From: Tubiluchus corallicola
Lineage: Eukaryota; Animalia; Priapulida
Assembly (NCBI GenBank): GCA_030141605.1
Contig: JAQGDQ010000663.1
Coordinates: forward strand, 1 to 64,000
DNA: 64,000 nt
Direction of reading: 5' to 3'
Below, in pieces: positions 1-15,221 of this stretch (position 1 is its first letter; every line of letters starts with the position of its first letter). Below the pieces are notes generated by a model that worked only from the letters and a program-made list of their open reading frames with translations, searched no databases and was not told where the DNA came from. Position numbers and translations under genes: made by a program.

Positions 1-70
1 TGTCGGCCAACAGATAGGGCAATGTTGGTCAGTTGAAGGTAATGTCGGCCAACAGATAGGGTAATTTTGG
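1..70. repeat. End of a 42-bp minisatellite array
   Basis: Same unit and same 3' flank (gcattttaatacattctaagca) as 22261-22336. Confidence 0.85.
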
Positions 71-99
71 AGAGTCTGACAGCGATGCATTTTAATACA

Positions 100-441
100 T
101 TCTAAGCACAAATGCGCTAAAAATAAATTAGTCCAAAGACACACTTTATCTAGTCAAACAATCGCCAGCTCTTGGGTTTCGAACTTATTTATGGATTTCA
201 GTACGTGTATGCCTATAACTTCTCACTACAATTCCCTATAGTCTAAAAAATCTAAATACATGTGAACATGATAACGAAAAGCTAGAGACCCTTGGGGTTC
301 ACAGATTTCTAGAATTTTTTAAGGAGATCACTGTTAACCGTTTTCAGCGTTCTAATCGTACTTAGTTTTCTCGAATTGCTTTATGGTAATATATATATAG
401 TAAGTTAGCAAACGCTTAAACTGCGTTTATACGTTTTAAGT
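100..441 (-). repeat. Inverted copy of 1544-1885 (342 bp)
   Basis: Reverse complement traced by eye; carries the 1544-1885 alleles at the three diagnostic sites checked, not those of 15443-15785. Confidence 0.93.
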
Positions 442-3400
442 CATCTGGTAACCTTGACCTGGGATATGCTTGATTATACAGTCCACCATTTACTCCAACG
501 TTAAGACCATATGTAGGCGATACATTTGCAGACAACTGAAGTTGTTCATCAAACGTCTGCATTGATTCTTGCTTTTTGGACATCTTGACGTAATCTTGTG
601 GGCGTTTTATGAACAGTATAATAGGAAGTATCTCCAGGCAGATCTTTTGAGTCCACGGTCCCATTCGGTGGGTAGCCGGAGATCTGAAGTGAATGTTTAG
701 CACACATATAGTTACACTAATAGACAGTGTCACCAGGATCATGGTAAACAACAAATACCTGCCGAACATTGGCACACTGAGTGATGACTGGGGTATGATC
801 TCAATTAACATGAGAAAAAACACAGTCAACGCCAGCAAAATGGAGACGCAAAGTGTCACTTTTTCTCCTGAATCTGATGGCAGGTAAAACACTAGCACCG
901 TCAAGAAAGAAATCACTACACAAGGAATTATTAGATTCACTGTGTAGAATAATGTCTTGCGACGAAGATTTATGTGATACATAATGTCTAGATATGGTTC
1001 TGAACAGCAAGGATAGTAAACTTCGTGTCTGGTGCCGGGTACATCAAGAATATCCCATTCCACACTCTCCGAATACTCAGACAGGTCTATGCCATTCTCA
1101 AGTGTGACTGCTGAGACATTTCGGCGGTGCACCAAATCAGCGAAATCTCCACTATACGTCCACAAGCCGAATTTCATCTCACACTTCTGCGTGTCAAAAG
1201 GAAAATATTGAATGTCAATTTCGCAGAAGCTTTTGTAAATAACCGGAGGTTTCCAAACCACGGTACCGTTGTAATACAGAGTAGCTTTTGTCATCAGTGT
1301 CACTTGGTAATTCCCATCAGCACTGAAAAACAGAAAATTTATGAATGCCTAGTAATTTCAAAACCATTCCAAAAATAACGATCTTTAGGTAGGTCTACAG
1401 CAACATTAGGTCTAGGGATACGTTATATTGCTTCTTTTTGATTAGTTATTGCAACTGTTTATCAGTCAGCTGCTTGTGCCCTATGTGTTGTACATAGGCG
1501 TCACATTTCTTATTAGGAGAATAGGCCTTTTTATACCAGAGGAACTTAAAACGTATAAACGCAGTTTAAGCGTTTGCTAACTTACTATATATATATTACC
1601 ATAAAGCAATTCGAGAAAACTAAGTACGATTAGAACGCTGAAAACGGTTAACAGTGATCTCCTTAAAAAATTCTAGAAATCTGTGAACCCCAAGGGTCTC
1701 TAGCTTTTCGTTATCATGTTCACATGTATTTAGATTTTTTAGACTATAGGGAATTGTAGTGAGAAGTTATAGGCATACACGTACTGAAATCCATAAATAA
1801 GTTCGAAACCCAAGAGCTGGCGATTGTTTGACTAGATAAAGTGTGTCTTTGGACTAATTTATTTTTAGCGCATTTGTGCTTAGAAAATAATAACAACTGC
1901 ACCGCAGAGAATATTGTAATCAAAATTCCTGAACATAAGCTTATTTAACTTGATAGAAAATAAAAACTAACATGCATGCCTTTGTAGTTTAAAATATTAA
2001 TATGAAACTGTACCAAATAAAAAAATTGCCTAGGCCGTAATTTAGTTAGCTCGCTCCGAAAATCTGGCATTGGTTGTAATTTTAGCAGATCAAACAAATG
2101 CACCCCCAATGCATCGAAAATGCAGAAGAATCTCTATGATATTGCCTCATAATTTTTAACACAACAGCAGAGACGTGTTTGAAGAACTAGAGCGTTCTTC
2201 TATATCAAACAGTTTGGAGAAATTGCGCATTTGTTATAAACTTTATTATGAGCGCTTTATCAGAAACACAACAAACAGCGGCGCCATATTAGATCCAATG
2301 ATGAACAAGTCCTGGTGTTGGTAGGCACTGGTCTGCAGCGTTGTAAGAAGTACACTGCAAGTAAACTGCAGAAGGTGCAGAAGTGAATAACACAAACACT
2401 TTTGATACTTCAAATTACATACTAATTGGCTTTCATTCTGACTCTCTTTCAATACGTCATCTGCTTGACTTTTAGCAAAGATTGGGTTACAGTACAATAC
2501 CATGTTTGCTGTCTAAAGTGTCTTTCTGGTCGACTTGCATACACTTGTGCTTTTTACACCTATTAAATTCTAAAACCTAAGCAGACACTGACTAGTGAAC
2601 TTTGACTTTTTTACCTAACCTCATTGCACTAATTGGTCATCCTCGGGTATTTGCTTTGTAAAAGTAATTTGCAATTTTTAGCGACCAATGTAAAACACAG
2701 AAATTGATTAACTATGAAACCAGAAATCTTGGGCAACTTTATCAACTTACTTGTTGTACAGCACAATATCTGGAAGCCATATGTAATCAGAAGGCACGTG
2801 CAGTGAAGTTACTCCACCGTAATCAGAGGGATCCCATTTTAACTTGTAGTCTTGCCACTCCTATGAGAAAAAAGAGCAGTAAAGTAATAAGGCGGCGTGG
2901 AAGCCAAAATAAAAAGCTCAAAAGGATTAATTCGACCACATTATTAGAATTAGCTCTCATTCACCAATATGCTAGCCGTTTGAGCAACTTCTTTCAATGT
3001 TCCGACTGGATAAGCAAAACTAGTTTACATCTGACAGCCAATTTTACTATTGTAGTGTGTATCACAATTTTACTGTTACAGAGTATATCACAATTTTTCG
3101 ATTGCAGAGTGCATCATTAATTTTACAGTTTAGTATATATATAACCGACGAGGCTACACCTCTAACGACGGCGCATTGGGGTTTTATTTTTCGGCCGTTT
3201 ATTGCAAAAAATTGCAAAAATTATACCTCTTATTTGTAGAGAACGGAAACGCGTCGGGGGCGGTGTCGGTAATGGTTTAATAGCCCGTTCAACGGTGGGT
3301 GTCATAGTCATATTTAGAATTCAGGGGAGGGCCACGGCGCCCCGTGACGGGCATTGTCCCGGACCCAACCACGCAAATTTTGCTAAAAACTGCTCAAACA

Positions 3401-4533
3401 GCCTCTAGAAAAACTCAATCTGTGCAACTGTTTGGGCATGCTGGGAAAAAATAAGCACACTCGCAGAAAGAGGACGAAACGGTCTACAAAGTGCTAATGG
3501 TTTCGCTAGGAGAGATGTATACTGGATGAGACGGGAAGGGTGTATTTGAAAGTTCTTTTTCTACCCCTGTGCTGCACGTTATTTGGAACATCCATTGTCT
3601 TTCAGTTTGAGAAATTTCGCGCCTGTTCCAGGCATTGTCTCCACTCGTCATTCTACATGTACAGTGAAATAAATTGAGTGATTGATTGATTATAGATTTT
3701 ACATGTAAGTAAGTTCTGTTAGCCTATAGTTAGCCTAAGCAAGCAGCAAAACAAAACTATGTTGAATGTCCGTGCATTATTGATCATTGGTAGATACATC
3801 TAAGAGCATTTGCTATAGAACACAGTTCCAACTTTGTGCAAAATATTTTGAATGGTTTTGCTGTGGCGCTGTACTGTTGGTGTTGTAGGTGTCGTCATCG
3901 TTGTCATCATCATCATCATCGTCTTCAATATCATAATCACCATGATCACAGTATGAAGTGGTGAGTGTGGTGTGTGTGCTGCAAATGGTGTGCTGTGCTG
4001 TGGATGGGGTGGTAGGATGGGTGTGGTGTGGTGTGGTGTTGGTAGTGGCCTGGTGGGTGTGGTGTGGTTTGGTCTGGGTGCTGTGGTATTGGTGGTGTGG
4101 TGTGGACAATGTGGTGGAGTGGTAGGGTGGGGGTGGTGTGGTGTGGTGTTGATGTAATGTGGTAGGCGTGGTGTGGTGTGTTGTGGGTTGTGTGCTGTGG
4201 TGTGGGTGGTGTGGTATTGTGGTATGTTGTGGGTGGTGTTGTGTTGTGTTGCGGTATGGTGTAGGATGTGTAGGGTCACAATTTTACGATTGCAGAGTGT
4301 ATCATTAATTTTACAGCTGTTGTATGCATTACTAATTTTGCGATTGTACAATGTATCATTAATTTTACAATAGTAGTATGTTTTCTTAATTTTACGATTG
4401 CAGACTGTATCACAATTTTACGATTGTAGAGTGTGTCATTAATTTTACGATTGTATAGTACATCTCTAAAGAATAAGGATATTGTTACCTGAATAAGCCA
4501 CACGTTTGAGGTCATGATCTGCCTTTTTTCATC
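416..4533 (-). pseudogene. Partial duplicate of nAChR exons 3-5 (4489-4533, 2751-2860, 440-1322), truncated before M4
   Basis: Same exons and splice sites as at 14339-18363. Exon 5 breaks at 440/441 and reads into inverted intron DNA (..[10 protein letters not shown]). No exon 1, 2 or 6 in this copy. Confidence 0.85.
3950..4460. repeat. TGTGG/GGT-rich low-complexity tract followed by ~26-27-bp tandem repeat (tatcacaattttacgattgcagagtg); copies at 8905-9410 and 17815-18290
   Basis: Direct reading of the sequence. Confidence 0.8.
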
Positions 4534-4593
4534 CTGTCAACAAAAAAAACAAGAACTTTCTGAAAAAGTTCATAATGTTCATAATAGTGATAC

Positions 4594-4729
<136 letters not shown>

Positions 4730-6119
4730 CATAATAATGCTCTGGCTATTACTGCATATTTGACTGCCGTTACTGTCAGCACCATGTATCACCACCAATA
4801 TCACCACTGTAGCTGGCAAACTATTGCCATGGCCACCAGGCCACTACTCCACCACCCCAAGACCATGCATCAACATTATTAGGAGAAGCGCCCTCAGCAG
4901 TAGCGTCAGCGCAAGCATCTCCATGCCACCAAGGCAGCACATTCATCAGAAATGTAAATGTAACAGCAACGGCAACAGCAAGAATAACGCTAACAACAAA
5001 TCCACTACTAATTCCGAGTAGAACCTATATCACACCAACAACTGCCATTTTCACTGCTACTGCCATTGCGTCTGTTGCCACTGCCATATTTACTGTTAAT
5101 TCTGTCACCTATATCTGTTGTTCTAGTAAAAGTTTTCATAAGCATTCCACCGAAAAAACACCATAGCCACTGTGTCGTCCGTGACGTCAGTCTGGAATAT
5201 AAGAACTACCGAGCAGCATTGCAACCCCTTCTAATATAGTTGAACTGTATTCTAGTAACTGTCCTATACTTAGGCTGCATTAATAGCTTAATTTAGCTAA
5301 TTGCTTATGTTAATTGAGTGAGTCATTAAGCGAATTTACCTACTACAGTAAAGCAAGTTGTGACTGTACATATATGAGCATGCACCTAGTTAGCTCTGGG
5401 AAGGGTCCCACCTCATACCTGTCCTAGATCTCCTTTGCAAGAAAGCAAGAAATTGGTCATACGCTCAACTGAACAGGCTATCTAGCCAATAGATCGTCGT
5501 ATTAAAGGACAAGGTCATCCAGTTTTACCTGTTCTAGAAATTGAAAAAAGGTTCAAAACAGCGTGTCGAACTTGCTAAACCAGTGAAGTCGTCGAATATG
5601 GCTTCCGACGAACATTTATTAACAATCGAGTTCAAGACTTAATTACTGTGGCGACAGAAAGTGATTAAAGGGCACTGACACACCAAAGGGTTAGGTGTTC
5701 GAGCCGTGAGGCGAAAACACCAATAAACTGGCTATTATTCGTTATTTGACGTACTGCTGTAAACGGAAATTCAGGAGATCTGATGCAGAAACAACCAGGC
5801 GATGACCAGACGTTGTAGCAATGGTAGTTTCACGAGCTCCACGGGTCATGACTCCACTGTACTCCACTAGGATTGGAGAAGTAACCACTTACGACTCCGG
5901 TACACCTGACAAGCATTGTAGAAGTGGCTACGTAAGATTCCACCCCCTGTTCTAGCTTTGGAAGAGTAACTGCTCAAGATTCCACGAAGTTCGCATAACC
6001 GGTTAGTCACGTTATTCCAGCTTCCAGAGTGATGGAGAACGTCAAACGTTGGAATCCGACAACTTTTCCCACCTCTCACTTCCACTGTCACTGCTGTAAC
6101 CATCACAACTATCGCCATT

Positions 6120-6154
6120 ATTTCATTATTACCATCATCACCATAATTGCCATT

Positions 6155-6203
<49 letters not shown>

Positions 6204-6237
6204 CCATCATTGCCCTCATCATTATCATTATCATCAC

Positions 6238-6269
<32 letters not shown>

Positions 6270-6335
6270 GCATCATCATCAGCATCATCGTGATCATCAT
6301 CATCATCATCATCGTCGTCGTCGTCGTCGTCTAGT
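6120..6335. repeat. (ATC)n/(GTC)n microsatellite; copy at 19915-20118
   Basis: Imperfect trinucleotide run. Confidence 0.95.
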
Positions 6336-7411
6336 CGTCACAATCATCAGCATCATCACCACCTTCACTGATTCCTCCACCGAAGTCTTTTTTAACCTTT
6401 TTCACAATCGTGGTTTCTATTTTGGCTCCACAATGTTGACTGTTTTTTTGTTTTTCCCTATAAAATTTCAAAACAAGGCATGTCACATGGCTCCTGTCAA
6501 ATATTACTATGCTGTACACCATGCTGTCATCTTCTTAGTTTACAGACTGCCTTTGAAGGAAGCAGCTGCTTCGATCCATCATATTCGCTCATCCCTTGGG
6601 CACCTAGCTATAATTAGGTCATGTTAAGTGTAATATGGAGCCGTTTCATCTGCTTTCAGGAAACGTGTCCATCACAACGTGGCTTCACTGTCATCACGTG
6701 TCTAGGGGACATAATGATCATTATACTGCAGAGCCAACATTCCAGGTCTTACTGCTATTCAGTTATAATTGCTGACATTTAAATTGTTTTAAATTAAAGC
6801 CAGGCAGCAGAAATGAAATTTTACACACAGTTTTACCTGTATGGTGTTCATGTTCATTACAAAAATTTGAAACATATCGTCATGGTCTATATTTGGTTGT
6901 TTTGATCCTTCGGTAGACAAGGTTCTTTCATTGTAATTTAATTTCGCGCATCCCAAGATAGCACCTGCATTATTACTGAGAATCATATTACAGGTACTGA
7001 AACGATAGAGGTATCTATCTGGATGTATAATGTAAGATTAGCATTGAAAGTTGAGCGAAACTAAACCTGGTTAACAAATGGATGTGTCACCGCCAAGAAG
7101 ATTGCTTCTAGGTGGTTTTTCCTACCACCTTACCTTGGGTTCAGTCAGGTCTACTCACGCTACTCAGATCAGTGAATTTGAAGAAGATTTTATTTTATTT
7201 TAGTTTATTTTATTTCATTTCATTTCATTTCATTTCATTTCATTTTATTTTATTTTATTTCACATTCATTCAAATATACATTAAAAAATAAACTAAAAAC
7301 AATAAAAACATGAATGTGGAGAGAGCAAATGAAACAATTAAATGAATTGCGTCGCTCAGTTCAATGTAATCCTGGTCTTGTTACTTGTGCACTCTGTGTA
7401 GTCTAAATCAG

Positions 7412-8237
7412 AGGCAATGTTGGTCAGTTGAAGGTAATGCTGCCAACAGATAGGGCAATGTTGGTCAGTTGAAGGTAATGTCGGCTAACAGATAGGGCAA
7501 TGTTGGTCAGTTGAAGGTAATGCCGGCTAACAGATAGGGCAATGTTGGTCAGTTGAAGGTAATGTCGGCTAACAGATAGGGCAATGTTGGTCAGTTGAAA
7601 GTAATGTCGGCTACTAGATAAGGCAATGTTGGTCAGTTGAAGGTAATGTTGCCTACTAGATAGGGCAATGTTGGTCAGTTGAAGGTAATGTTGCCTACTA
7701 GATAGGGCAATGTTGGTCAGTTGAAGGTAATGTCGGCTAACAGATAGGGCAATGTTGGTCAGTTGAAAGTAATGTAGGCTACTAGATAAGGCAATGTTGG
7801 TCAGTTGAAGGTAATGTCGACCAACAGATAGGGCAATGTTGGTCAGTTGAAGGTAATGTTGCCTACTAGATAGGGCAATGTTGGTCAGTTGAAAGTAATG
7901 TCGGCTACTAGATAGGGTAATGTTGGTCAGTTGAAGGTAATGTTGCCTACTAGATAGGGTAATGTTGGTCAGTTGAAAGTAATGTCGGCTACTAGATAGA
8001 GTAATGTTGGTCAGTTGAAAGTAATGTCGGCTACTAGATAGAGTAATGTTGGTCAGTTGAAAGTAATGTCGGCTACTAGATAGGGTAATGTTGGTCAGTT
8101 GAAGGTAATGTCGGCCAACAGATAGGGCAATGTTGGTCAGTTGAAGGTAACATCGGTCACCGGATAGGGCAATGTTGGTCAGTTGAAGGTAATATCGGCC
8201 ACCAGAGAGGGCAGGGCAATGTTGGTCAGTTGAAGGT

Positions 8238-8242
<5 letters not shown>
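7412..8242. repeat. 42-bp minisatellite (gcaatgttggtcagttgaaggtaatgtcggctaacagatagg), two related 21-bp halves
   Basis: About 20 tandem units, cut off by the inversion junction. Confidence 0.95.
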
Positions 8243-10430
<2,188 letters not shown>

Positions 10431-11442
10431 CTTCATGTTATCTACAGTAGACGTAATGAGCATATGATGGTGATGATGATGATGATGATGGCGATGATGA
10501 TGACGATGATAACGATGATGATGACGATGATGTAGAAACGTTGTATACAGGAAAAAAAGCTTTGATTAATTCAAAAAGATAAGGAAAACTCAAATTCAAA
10601 TGTATTCATAACGATGTTATAATAAAATCGACACTGATATGGTCTCTAGTGAAATCTCCTAAAATCTTTAAAAGCAAGCTTTTGGATTTAAAAATTCTTC
10701 TTCACTGTTTTATAAATTGAAAACATGGAAGAATAAAAGTACAGAGATACAATGAGCCAAAACATTTGCTGCTAAAAAGGTAAAAACAGAAAAAATATAA
10801 CATTTTCTTTGAAAAATGGTTTTTAAATCCGAAAGTTTGTATTTTAGGGAAAATTTTTATTGGTTTTTAGCATTGAGTGTTTTATAGTGGTTACGTTATT
10901 ACAAAATACCTAGACGTAATGGCTGTAGATATATCCTTGACGAGTGTAGCTAAGTAGTCTAAATTAACAACAAATGCTGCAAAATTTTATACGTTTTACA
11001 GCCTATCACCACTATCATAAATAATTTTCTTATAAAATTTACAATCACGTTTTAAACTCAATACAATATCTATCTATTCTCAAATCGATTTCTGTGACAG
11101 AAATGTTTAAACTTGAGTTTTTAAGTTAACAACAGTCTATAAAATTATATGTATTTTTCCACGATGTTATATACATAAGGCTTTGGGTGCTGACTTTATG
11201 AAATTTTGCCAATCAACAACAACTAGATTAAACGTTTCATTTGTAGCGAAATTGTGAGGCGCTGACACGCTGTCGACTTTCGTCATTCACCTAAACCAAA
11301 TTAACAAGCAGCAGCGCCAAACTCACTCACAGTAAGATTTTCAGTCAGGAAACAACAGAATGAATTATACGTAAAACTGGTTTTCACTATTTCGACAACA
11401 ATGTTGTCAGCGCCCATACAGGTTAAGAGTGAAAATCCTCTC

Positions 11443-11613
11443 TTAATTAATAGCTATGCGATTACTGCCTGTCAGTGTAATTGGACTCTGGTTGTCATGT
11501 AAGCTAGGTGGATCGTTCAGCATGATACAAGTTCCAACAATACATGTCAGGGTGAAGATCCATAGAAAAAGCCTGTCAATGACCATGGCTACGAATTTCC
11601 AATCCTGGCGTAT
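11443..11613 (-). CDS. nAChR alpha subunit, exon 6 ([20 protein letters not shown]..., M4 and stop)
   Basis: [12 protein letters not shown]4 signature; polypyrimidine-CAG acceptor; TAA at 11443-11445. The six exons total 1500 nt (499 aa plus stop). AATAAA on the minus strand near 10856-10861. Confidence 0.95.
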   Translation of the reverse strand: MRQDWKFVAMVIDRLFLWIFTLTCIVGTCIMLNDPPSLHDNQSPITLTGSNRIAIN

Positions 11614-11624
11614 CTGAAAAAAAG

Positions 11625-12163
11625 AGAAACTATGTCCTGACTGTTCAGAAAGGAATAGAAACTATAACTTTACTGTTTTCATAGGAATAGGAACTACATC
11701 TTTAGTGTTTTCATAGGAATAGAAACTACATCTTTAGCGTTTTCATAGGAATAGGAACTACATCTTTAGTGTATTCATAGGAATAGAAACTATGTCTTTA
11801 GCGTTTTCATAGGAATAGGAACTACGTCTTTAGTGTTTTCATAGGAATAGAAACTACATCTTTAGTGTTTTCATAGGAATAGAAACCATGTCCTTAGTGT
11901 TTCATAGGAATAGAAACTATGTCTTTAGTGTTTTCATAGGAATAGGAACTACATCTTTAGTGTATTCATAGGAATAGGAACTACATCTTTAGTGTATTCA
12001 TAGGAATAGAAACTATGTCTTTAGCGTTTTCATAGGAAGAGGAACAACGTCTTTAGTGTTTTCATAGGAATAGGAACACATCCTTAGTGTATTTATAGGA
12101 ATAGAAATTGGCTTTCGTGTTCTCATAGGAATAGAAACTATGTCCTTAGTGTTTCATAGGAAT
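11625..12163. repeat. 32-bp minisatellite (tcataggaatagaaactacatctttagtgttt) in nAChR intron 5
   Basis: About 16-17 units, period 32 (e.g. 11711 vs 11743). Confidence 0.93.
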
Positions 12164-13234
12164 CTAGCAGTAATGGTCAAAACATGATCACATGGACATT
12201 TGCAGAATGTGCAAATGCTTCGACATTCTAAAAGTTGACTCACCCATTGCGTAACAATGATAGTTCTTGGTTTTTTTGTGTGTTTTTTTTGGATTTATGG
12301 ATTAATGACTTGCAGACAGCATACAGACAGTGTTGTCTGCTAAACCGTAACAAGTATTGATTTGGACACCTACACACACATATTCTTTCCATCTATCTAA
12401 GAAAAAATGACTGTGTCATGATTTCTTAGAGAAGCCTGGATACTTTGGTGCATTGTCCAATCAGCTAGGCAAACTCACTCCCAGTAATATATAATAAGGA
12501 CATATAGACACATTCAAACTGTCTTTTTTATACGTGTACTAACATTTAGTTTAGTAAAACCTACTGAAACTGCTAGTTTACTGAAGCTGTATTTGACATC
12601 ATCCAAAAAGTTTGTTGATCAGATGAGCTGATACTAGAGCTGTACAACCTTTTCAGCACAAACGAAAAAGATATTACATAAAAACACTGATAAAGCCGAA
12701 AAGCAAATGCTAGAATGATTGATTTTTCAAACATTCGGCAACATGAAATTTCTTTGCGAGACTAAGTTTTCTAATTCACAAGACTTTCTTATTACAGCTA
12801 TTTTCGCCGAGCCATTCCCGTTCCACCGAGGAGGTTACGTTTCATCTGCACCGCTAGGTGGCACAACTTGTTCACGTTTTGAGAAAACTGTTAATTTTCC
12901 GTGGAAAATTATGCGCACTCACCCTACTCAAACGTAAGGGAATTGCGTGTTGGTCCAATAAGAGCTTTCTGCATTGGCGTCAGTTAAAGACTGAGATTGT
13001 ACAGCTAATGGCGGTCTATTGGATCATGACAACAAAAAATATATAGCATAAAAATACAAATAAAATCGAATCGCCTATTTGACAAAGCCTGACTGCTTAC
13101 CCACCATTCACTAAACTAACTTCACTAAACGAAATTCACTAAACGAATTCACTAAACTTCGCCATTCATCTGGCCAATTGACAAAACTTGATGACCAAAT
13201 CAACAAATGACTAAACACCCACACACTAGGGGCC

Positions 13235-13900
13235 AAACCACCTCTCACACATCAAATGATCAAGCCCCATCCTCCACACATCAAGTGATCATTCCTCACA
13301 CACTAAATGACCAAGCCCCATCCTCCACACATCAAGTGATCATTCCTCACACACTAAATGACCAAGCCCCATCCTCCACACATCAAGTGATCATTCCTCA
13401 CACATTAAATGACCAAGCCCCATCCTACACACATCAAATGATCAAACGCCAACTTCCACTCATCAGATGATCAAACCCCATTCTCTACAGATCAAATGAT
13501 CCAATTCTATACTCCACACATCAAATGATCAAACTCCAACCTCCACACATCAAATGATCTAACCCCATCCTCCACACATCAAATGATCAAACCCTATCCT
13601 CCACTCATCAGATGATCAAACCCCATTCTCTACACATCAAATGATCTAACCCTATCCTCCACATATCAAATGATCAATTCTATACTCCACACATCAAATG
13701 ATCAAACTCTATCCTCCACACATCAAATGATCTAACCCCATCCTCCACACATCAAATGATCTAACCCTATCCTCCACTCATCAGATGATCAAACCCCATT
13801 CTCTACAGACCAAATGATCCAATTCTATACTCCACACATCAAATGATCAAACTCTATCCTCCACACATCAAATGATCAAACTCCAACCTCCACTCATCGA
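13235..13900. repeat. ~29-bp minisatellite (atcaaatgatcaaactctatcctccacac) with a 51-bp higher-order unit at its start
   Basis: 17-aa periodicity in ORF 13207-13470, then 28-29-bp units. Confidence 0.9.
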
Positions 13901-14269
13901 ACAAAGGACCAAACCCATACATCTAATTACCAAATGATGAAACTTGGTCATTCATCCACAAAATAACCAAACCTGGATTCTCAATCATGCTCCAATAGTA
14001 CTATTTCAACATTATTCCAAAAACAAATGTCTAAGGTAGATGAGGCTTGACTCCACTAAAGAACCAATGAAACTTAAACACTTAGGAAACAGACTAAGGC
14101 AGAATATCCAACCGTCAAAAAAAAAGTGCACTTGCTTTTTTCAATGTGAAGCAGTTTAACTAAACTGTCAAGCAAAAGTTGGGAAACAAATGTAAAAAAA
14201 ATAAATGTACAATAAAGGACTAAAATGAGTATGCTTATAGGACGGTTCACGATCAATAAAAATGCTTAC

Positions 14270-15221
14270 GGCTTCATCTTCATCATCATTCTTTAGATGC
14301 TCGGCAATGAAGTGAATTCCTTCGATGGCTTTTTGAATGTCATCTGGTAACCTTGACCTGGGATATGCTTGATTATACAGTCCACCATTTACTCCAACGT
14401 TAAGACCATATGTAGGCGATACATTTGCAGACAACTGAAGTTGTTCATCAAACGTCTGCATTGATTCTTGCTTTTTGGACATCTTGACGTAATCTTGTGG
14501 GCGTTTTATGAACAGTATAATAGGAAGTATCTCCAGGCAGATCTTTTGAGTCCACGGTCCCATTCGGTGGGTAGCCGGAGATCTGAAGTGAATGTTTAGC
14601 ACACATATAGTTACACTGATAGACAGTGTCACCAGGATCATGGTAAACAACAAATACCTGCCAAACATTGGCACACTGAGTGATGACTGGGGTATGATCT
14701 CAATTAACATGAGAAAAAACACAGTCAACGCCAGCAAAATGGAGACGCAAAGTGTCACTTTCTCTCCTGAATCTGATGGCAGGTAAAACACTAGCACCGT
14801 CAAAAAAGAAATCACTACACAAGGAATTATTAGATTCACTGTGTAGAATAATGTCTTGCGACGAAGATTTATGTGATACATAATGTCTAGATACGGTTCT
14901 GAACAGCAAGGATAGTAAACTTCATGTCTGGTGCCGGGTACATCAAGAATATCCCATTCCACACTCTCGGAATACTCAGACAGGTCTATGCCATTCTCAA
15001 GTGTGACTGCTGAGACATTTCGGCGGTGCACCAAATCAGCGAAATCTCCACTATACGTCCACAAGCCGAATTTCATCTCACACTTCTGCGTGTCAAAAGG
15101 AAAATATTGAATGTCAATTTCGCAGAAGCTTTTGTAAATAACCGGAGGTTTCCAAACCACGGTACCGTTGTAATACAGAGTAGCTTTTGTCATCAGTGTC
15201 ACTTGGTAATTCCCATCAGCA
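14270..15221 (-). CDS. nAChR alpha subunit, exon 5 (Cys-loop, loops B/C, M1-M3, intracellular loop)
   Basis: [13 protein letters not shown] start, Cys-loop [15 protein letters not shown], vicinal cysteines YYPCCSEPY (alpha type), cation-type GEK before M2; CAG acceptor and GTAAGC donor. Confidence 0.97.

Noticed and set aside
14168-14269. Hydrophobic tail of ORF 14168-15202 as an alternative M4
   Set aside because: Lies past a strong GTAAGC donor in AT-rich intron; the true M4 exon is at 11443-11613.
14640-14790. Possible anion-selective or otherwise unusual nAChR pore
   Set aside because: M2 has canonical GEK, 9' Leu, 13' Val and 20' Glu of cation channels.
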